Origin: Squalus acanthias
Lineage: Eukaryota
Direction of reading: 5' to 3'
Assembly (NCBI GenBank): GCA_030390025.1
Contig: CM059443.1
Location: 15,934,001 to 15,998,000 of the forward strand
DNA: 64,000 bases
Shown here: one piece after another, positions 51,601 through 60,600 of the stretch
How the letters are laid out: each line of letters begins with the position of its first letter
How positions within the stretch are numbered: position 1 is the first letter of the stretch
Notes under the pieces: model-generated
What the model was told of the DNA's origin: nothing
What the model saw: only the letters and a program-made list of their open reading frames with translations
Database searches by the model: none
Position numbers and translations under genes: made by a program

Positions 51601-54600
51601 TGAGAAAGTCTGAGAGTGTACTTTAATTTGCGAATCCGTGAGCATCATTTTTTTCAGCCAACCTTTAAACTGGACTTCAAGTCCCCCACATAAAATGCAA
51701 GAGGTGTTCTTCTTCAAAGGCTGCAGCCCTGCATCTCTCTAAAGGCGCTCAATGGGATTTGGACACAAAAGTGTTTCAGTTCCGTTAGTGAAATTGATTA
51801 CAAGAACAGCAGCGCCTAATTTCCTACTACTGTACAACCATGCTTTTTAAGCATTTTGACTTAAGTCAACATTTGGTACAAATGAATTTGGTTGCACTAC
51901 ATCAAAGAATTCTTTCTATGGTGCAACAACTGCTGAGCACATGGTAAGACAGCATAAGATTCTACCCAGAAGGAACTATAGAAGCATAGATTTCACATAC
52001 TTTCTTGATCTAGTTACTTAAGTCATATACGGATCTACATATGCCAAAGTTACAGCCAAAAAGAGCACTTTAACAACATCTTGCATTTAATGCTTTTTTT
52101 TAAAAACAGTGCTTTTTTTGTAGATGTGCTCTCTATTATCACAGAAAGTAACATTATGCAAGGAAACAGCAAACCTTGACATCCCAAAAGCAATGTGGTA
52201 CTACAGGACAGCAATTTTTAAAATTTAAAATTTTTAAAGTGAAGTTCACTTTTAAAACTGCTCTGCACATAACTAAGATATAGTTTACTGCCATTTTCAA
52301 AAGATGCTGATAGAAATTACAGCAGCCCAAGTTCATTTAGCCCATCGTGCATCTGCCGGTGCCAGCTCATCCACAGGAACTACCTACTCGAATCTAGTTT
52401 CCCTGTGTACTTTCATATCCTTCCTTTTCAAATACTTATTTAATTCTATTTTAAATCAAGTTATGGTGTCTGCCTCAATAGATACTTGTAATTAAGCTTT
52501 CCTTGTTCTAATCATTGTGAAAAACTTTCTTCTAGTGATAATCCTGAGTCTAGCCCATAGCAATTTACTAACCCCTGAAATAAGCTTTTACATTTACCTT
52601 TACAACACCTCCCATAATTTTGAAAACCAACATTACATTCCTCTTAACTTTCTCTGTTCCAATGAAAAAAGCCCCATTTTTTGAGCCTTCCTTCATAAAT
52701 GTAACCTTTAATTCCCAATATCATTCTTTCCATAGTGTCAGCTGTGGCTCAGTTGGTAGCACACTCGCCTCTGAGTCAGAAGGTTGTGGGTTCAAGTCCC
52801 ACTCCAGGGACTTGAGCACATAAATCTAGGCTGACACTCCAGTGCAGTGCTGAGGGAGTGCTGCACTGTCGGAAGTGCCGTCTTTCGGATGAGACGTTAA
52901 ACCGAGGCCCCATCTGCTCTCTCAGGTGGACGTAAAAGATCCCGTGGCACTATTTTGAAGAAGAGTAGGGGAGTTATCCCCGGTCTCCTGGCCAATATTT
53001 ATCCCTCAATCAACATAACAAAAACATTTATCTGGTCATTGCTGTTTGTGGGAGCTTGCTGTGCGCAAATTGGCTGTCGCGTTTCCCACATTACAACAAT
53101 GACTACTCTCCAAAAAAGTACTTAATTGACTGTAAAGCACTTTGAGACGTCCGGTGGTCGTGAAAGGCGCTCTATAAATGTAAGTCTTTCCTTCTTTCTT
53201 TCTTCTTTCATAGCTGTAATATTATTTCTATGAGGTGCCCAGAACTGCCCAGTGGGTATTTCACACAAGGTCTGGAACCTCTATTGTTCACAATATTTGT
53301 GAAGGATATTGAATAGGCTGTAGTAGTATCTGATGATACAAAGGTGCGTCAGCAGGCAAGGGTAGAATGATTATCTTCAGATAGTCTCGGACCAATTATG
53401 CTGAAATATGGCAGACGATATTTTATTTATGGATAAATATAGGAGAGTGCATATAGGAAGAGATAACAGTAAACATGTACAAGATGAAATTTGAGATGAA
53501 TGTGTGGAGTAACCCCAGGGATACATCAAGTGCCTCCCCTCACAGGGAGGGCCACCATTAGAAATTCAGGGAAGAGGGCCCCATCCAGATTTATCTTTAG
53601 ACAAATTAAACCAAAACAGTAAAGTCAGGGGAAGTCAAAACAAAAATACCACTTGGTGCCCCCTAGTCACAGAAGGCATCCAGTGAATCAGTAGACACCA
53701 CATGTTGGCATTCAAGGGTCACTTGGACATGAATCAAAGTGCGAAACATAGGCAGTGAAATCCCTCCTGATGATCCTATATATTCTGGACCTGTGGCTGG
53801 CAGAATTTACCAGGCTCAGGAGTAGACATGGCAGGAGGACCAATCTGCTCACCCTGAGACCAAAAATTAACAGTAATTTGTCCTCCACTGGCAGAGGCTG
53901 AAAATGAAAAGAATTTGGGTTATCATTAATCATATCCTGAAGGCAGGTGTCTGGTATGAGGCAGTCATCAATAAGCAAAATCAATTACTACACTGCATCT
54001 GGAGGGCACTGGACTACAAGTCAGGGCACTATATTGGTATTGTACAGATTAATGACGAAGCCAATGTTGGAGTAAGATGCTCTTTTAATGACTACTTCTA
54101 AAACCATGTAGATGCATTAGAAAGGGCTCAGATGAGAATGATCAGGGTGATTCCAGGACCAGGGTGACTAAGTTATGAAGAAAGGCTTAAGCCACTAAAC
54201 TTATTTTTTGCTGTTGAAAAAATCTTGGAGGATACATGATACAGTTTTTTAAAATAATGAAAGGTATAGACAATGTTGAAGCAAGAAGCTTTTTAACTTG
54301 GATAATTATCACAGAACTAGAGGACAAAAGTACAAAATTCTGAAGTCCCAGGCAAGGCTATTAGAAAAACTCTCCAGGACAGGAGACATGTAGAACAGAT
54401 TCCCAGAGATGGTAATTACAGCTGCATCGCTATCTGTTGAGGTTAGGTACTAATAGCAATGCTAAGTTTTCCTTAGCAAATCACATATATATGATAGAAT
54501 ACTACACTGGATGGAACAGGCTTGATGGGCTCAATGACCCATTTCTTACTCTGGACCTCATGTTCTTATATTCATACTGTATCTTTCAGAGTATTGAATT

Positions 54601-57600
54601 TGCATAAATGGTTGCTCAACACCCCCCCCACCATCCGCCAACTCAAAAACTACCCATAACACTGGATAATTCTTTTTAAATTTAAAAACTGGGTTCAATT
54701 TAAATGAGAAAGTTTGCAAGCCTTGTTTGTACCAATGAAAAGCTATTCTTGTTTTCTATGGTTTGTGGATAGAGTCCATGCATTGTGAGAATCCTCAAGG
54801 TTAAATATTCATTTATGGAACATATTACTAGTATGTTTTTCTTCCTCTTGCAAACATGAGATCACCTTGTAGTAACATTACGTCCAGTCACTAGTAGTCA
54901 TGGGTGGAAAGTAACTATCTTAGGCTGTGTCAAGAGATTGAGAATTCTCATTTCATTTCGTCCTGATGGTTTGACATGATTCTTACGCAGGTCTATCTGC
55001 AAGGATTTTTTCTGTTTTTAAGCCTTTTCTCTGGATTCTGAATAAGAGCAAGGTAAAATAAGTGGTTAGGTTTCCTGGGTATTCTCTTGACCATGAATGT
55101 CAAGTGGTTGTATGTGTGTATGATGGGACCAACTTTAGACTTTTCCATTACGGAGGTCAGCTGGAGGGCAATTCCATAAAATACATAAAGCATGCATAGC
55201 AACAGAATTTCCAAATTAGTTCATGTCTTACAGTATTCTGCAGGAAAAAGATTATGTGCCTGAGCAGATTGGAGGGTCTCATGTAGATCATTTGATCTGC
55301 ACTCCCTCTCAATGTTCACCAGCAATATAATTGTAGTCAAAAAATTGAATCATATTGAAACAAAAAAAGTATTTTGTTTCAATGCAAAGATACTCACATA
55401 AATGTTTATTTACAAAGCTTTGCAATTTAAACCGTGACACAGCATTAGTCTGAAAATCCACCTGCAGAACTGCAAATAAGTAAGATCCAGCCCAGCCACA
55501 AACACTTTCAAAAACAAAATCACTTTTTAAAGCCAATATTTAACTGCCTAAAAATCAGACCCCAATAGTTTTTTTTTGAAGAGGGAGCAGGAGGAATGAA
55601 AAAGAGGCAAAAATGGCAATAACTTGTTCAGCTACTGACTTTTACTGCAAACATACAAAGGAATGGAGTTTCCCTTGGGATACCACTTTACGGAATCATT
55701 CATTCAACAGCAGGACAAACAAAAGGCTATCTATACTGTATACAGATAATCGCTAAGATAGGTGCCATTACCTGTCATTTATGCTAGAAACCAATCCTGT
55801 TTAATTTGGTGATGAAATACAGAAATCGGCAAAACTAGCCACTGTGTGGAAGATCAGCGCATGCTTATTCTCTCTACTACAAAACTGTCAGTGTTTATAG
55901 AGTACTACCACAAAAGAACTGACACAGCAGCCCAGCAAGTTATTTCCCCATCAATTCTGGGAAAAATGGTCTATTTTAAATTATTTAGCACTGCCAGATG
56001 CAATACATTTACACAGGCTACTGATCTAAGTATACATACCAACAGAGGACTTCTGCAAAGATTCCTTTTAGCTGCCCTTCAGCATCACTAGAAAAACTTG
56101 GTTTGCTGGATGAGGATCTCTAGGAAATTAATTCTTTAAAAATTCATCAAACACAAATATATGAAAATACCTTCTCAGAGGAACTATCTGCCATGATTTC
56201 CCTTCTAAATATATGCAGATAGAATAGATGAAATGTGGCATACACCACAAACAAGAACGATTCCCACATTCACAAATACCATGTGAGCACAAACAACAAC
56301 ATTAAAATATACTATTTTAATGCTAATCCACTCTTCTCAAATATTTGCTTTCTGCCAACATTAACTGTTCTAAAGTGAGATATTGAAAAAGTGTACACAA
56401 AAGAACATCAGCAATAATGCTTGTCGAAATAGAAAGGACCTATAATTTTAGCTGAATGCTATATAAACTAACAGTGTCTGATGAGGGACGACAGTTATAA
56501 GATTCGTTCACACCTGTTGTATTTTAGATCACAATTCACTTTCTGAGTTCATAAATACAGTATCAAAAGGATCAAATGGTCTGAGGAAAGGAAAGCTCAC
56601 ATTACATTTGGGGGAAACCAAATTCAATGTTTTTAAGTTACTTAGTTGACAATTTAGTGATCTGATACAGAGCATTTACAGACACACGATGCAGACTGAC
56701 ATCCTGGAAGAGCCCGAGCCACAGAGGCAGTCACTTGTCACAATTGAAAAAAAGTTGAAGAGAACTCAGATAATGTCCATTTTCAAAAAGAACATGGTTT
56801 TGGGGAGTACACGTACAAGGTTTGGTTACATCTGGTGAAGCACCTTTTAAGTTTGGATGCCCAGTTAATGTTTATATTCTACATTAACATAAATTTCTCT
56901 CCAAATTTTTTTTACCTTTCTCTAACAACTTCTTCTTAGGCAGTCCCTCAGAGCCGAGGATGACTTGCTTCCATACTAAAAATGAGTTCTCAGGTGACTG
57001 ATGAGTCCAATGCGGGACCTACAGTCTCTGTCACAGGTGGGGCAGACTGTGGTTGAAGGGGCGGGTGGGTGGGGTGCTTGGGTTGACGTGCGCTCCTTCC
57101 GCTGTTTGCGCTTGGCTTCCGCTTGCTCCCGGCGAAGAGACTCGAGGTGTTCGGCGCCTTCCCGGATGCTTCTCCTCCACTTTCTGCGGTCTTGGGCCAA
57201 GGATTCCCAGGTGTCGGTGGTAATGTTGCACTTTTTCAAGGAGGCTTTGAGGGTGTCCTTGAAACGCTTCCTCTGCCCACCTGGGGCTCTCTTGCCGTGT
57301 CGGAGCTCCGAGTAGAGCGCTTGTTTTGGGAGTCTCGTATCGGGCATGCGGACGATGTGGCCCGTCCATCGGAGCTGATCGAGCGTGGTCAAAGTTTCGA
57401 TGCTGGGTATGTTGGCCTGAGCGAGAACACCGACGTTGGTGCGCCTATCCTGCCAATGGATTTGCATGATCTTGCGGAGGCAGCGTTGGTGGTACCTCTC
57501 CAGTGTTTTGAGGTGCCTGCTGTACATGATCCATGTCTCTGAAGCATACAGGAGGGCAGGTATCACTACTGCTCTGTAGATCATGAGCTTGGTGCTGGGT

Positions 57601-60600
57601 TTGAGGTCCTGGTCTTCAAACACTCTCTTCCTCAGGCGACCGAAGGCTGCACTGGCACACTGAAGGCGGTGTTGGACTTCGTCATCGACGTCTGCCCTTG
57701 TTGACAATAAGCTCCCGAGGTATGGAAAGTGGTCCACGTTGTCCAAGGCCCCGTCATGGATTTTGATAATCGGGGAGCAGTACTGTGTGGCAGGGACAGA
57801 TTGGTAGAGGACCTTGTTTAGTGTAAGGCCCATGCTCTCGTACGCTTCGGTGAAGGTGTTGATGATGGTTTGGAGTTCGACCTCCAAGTGTGCGCGGACA
57901 CAAGCGTCGTCTGCATACTGTAATTCGATGACAGAGGATGGGACAACCTTGGATCTGGACTGGAGGTGACGGAGGTTGAACAGTTTCCCGTTTGTTCTGT
58001 AGATTAGCTCCACACCAGCGGGGAGCTTACTGAGGGTGAGATGGAGCATTGCAGCCAGGAAGAGCGAGAAGAGCGTTGGTGCGATGACACAGCCTTGCTT
58101 GGCCCCGGTCCGTACGTGAATTGGGTCTGTGGTGGATCCGTTGGTCAGGATCACGGCTTGCATGTCGTTGTGAAGCAGGCGGAGGATGGTGACAAACTAT
58201 TGAGGGCAGCCGAATTTGAGGAGGGCACTCCATAATCCCTCACGGTTGACAGTGTCAAAGGCCTTTGTGAGGTCAAAGAAGGCCATGTACAGCAGTTGGT
58301 TCTGTTCCCTGCATTTCTCTTGTAGTTGACGCGCGGTGAAGATCATGTCCTTTATGCCCCTTAATGGGCGGAATCCGCATTGCGACTCTGGGAGGAGCTC
58401 TTCAGCCACTGGGAGAAGGCGATTGAGGAGGATTCTTGCGATGACTTTCCCTGTGGCAGACAGCAGGGAAGCTCCTCTGTAATTACCGCAATCGGACTTG
58501 TCACCTTTCTTGAAGATGGTCACGATTACGGCGTCTCTGAGATCCCCTGGCATGCTCTCCTCCTTCCAAATAAGAGAAATGAGTTCATGTATTTGCGCCA
58601 ATAGTGCTTCTCCGCCATGTTTTAGCGCCTCGGCGGGGAGTCCATCTGCTCCTGAGGCTTTGTTGTTCTTCAGTTGTCGGATGGCCTTTTCAACCTCATG
58701 CCGGGCTGGGGTTGTGCTGAGGTGGTGGCGGGTAGCATGCTTCGGGATGGAGTTGAGGACACACGCGTCGAAGACAGAGTCTCGGTTAAGGAGATCTTCG
58801 AAGTGCTCCTTCCAGCGGGCACTGACTGCCTCTCTGTCCTTGATGAGTACCTCTCCGTTCTTGGCCCTCAGGTGCTTGGGCCGTAGGTGGTCTTGACTGC
58901 GCTAAAGAATCCACGCACGTCGTGGTTGTCTGCTAGCTGCTGGATCTCCTGCGCTTTCTCCACCCACCATCTGTTCTTTAGGTCGCGAGTTTTTTGTTGG
59001 ACCTCAGCCTTCAGGTGTCTGTAGAGCTGCTTTCTTGCTCTCGAGTTCTGTTGCTGTTTCCAGATCAGGTCAGCTGGGCTCAGAGCACTGAGCTCGCGCG
59101 TTGCCAGTGTCTGTCCGCCCGTCTCACTAGAAGGAGACACACTATAAGGAGGACGGGACCCAGGAGCGAGGACGGGGCCCAGGGGCAAGGACGGGGCCCA
59201 GGGGCGAGGTATATGATATACCACAACAGCAAGAAAATATTACTGCGAATGTTCTGTGACAGGCAGACGCCATTTTTGCAAAGTTAAAATACAACGATCA
59301 CTGAATGTTTTCAGCTCTGCAGTAAGATGCAGATACACAGAACATATATGAGCGTTCCTAGAGACACAATACAATATAGACATGTCTTCAGCAGGCAATA
59401 AAGAGGGTACAGCGCAGATTCACTATGATGCAGCCGGATGTGAGGAAAAACAAATATGAAGAAAGATTTGGAAAACTGGGGCTGTTTTTGTTAGAATATA
59501 GGAGATTATGGAATTATTTGATCATAGGAGATTAAGAAATGATTTGATCGAGGTGTTTAAAATTATGAAGGTGTGTTAAGAGAAACATATTGTTTCCAAT
59601 TATTGAGGGGCTAAAACAAGCAGACATAGATATAAAATTAAATGAGAGTTAGGGCAGAGAGCAGGAGTAACTCTTTTTATGAGGCTGTGGAATACCCTAC
59701 CAGAGTATGTCATCGAAGCAGAGACTAAACACCAACACGGAATGGTTGGGCCAATGACTTTAAGTCAGAAACACCTGTCTACAAAGGAGTTGGTCTGGTT
59801 CACAGGGTAGAGCACCATGGTGGTGGGGTTTTCAGAGAGCTTGAAAAATATATTATCGAAAGATTACACTTCGGAAACTGTCTGCCAACATCTTTACCAA
59901 AAATACTGGGGCACAGTTACATTTCACATGCATACGCTACTGAAATGGCTCACCCACGCAGGAGACAACAGGCTTCCACTCCACATATTTCGGTTTCCAA
60001 AAATGAGAGGTAAACTGTCCACTACTAGACCTCAGAGTTTTAAAAAAGCTCCTCAGGCATGAAAGGCCATTACAATGTTCTAATCTATTTAGGTAGGATA
60101 TCCTAAGGTTGGCTAGTGATAATATATCTAAAAAACGTCCACAAAATGATGAAGTAAATTGTCAAAGGCTGTATCCACTGGGTGGCAAGTTAGTAACAAG
60201 AAGGCCCAAATTTAAATAATCACAAAAATAATTAAATTGGAATTTAAAACAATTTCTTTACAGAGATTCTGTCACAAACCATTGTAAAATTATTTTAAAA
60301 GAGATCATCAAAGACTTGCGCAAAAAAGAGAAATATTATGGGTTATGAGCAGCAAGCAGGTGAGTGGAATTAGACCAGCAGAGTTGATGGGTCAAACGGC
60401 CTATATCTGCGCTGTAGCATTCTATGATTCTGTAATGTTACATTGCACTCAATTCAACATTAGCGCTGCATTAACTACAGCAATGTTGTGCTTCCCGTAA
60501 TTAGGCTTTCTTTATCAATCCTGATACAGACCCTTAAGATTTCAAAACAAGGATGTGGAAAACCAAATCACAGCACCAAAAAAAAATCTAAATTCAAGTC

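Noticed and set aside
53520-53930. Possible insertion within an old CR1
   Set aside because: Could not define TIRs or a TSD by eye.
57001-58896. Several plus-strand ORFs
   Set aside because: Antisense shadows of the GC-rich RTE ORF.
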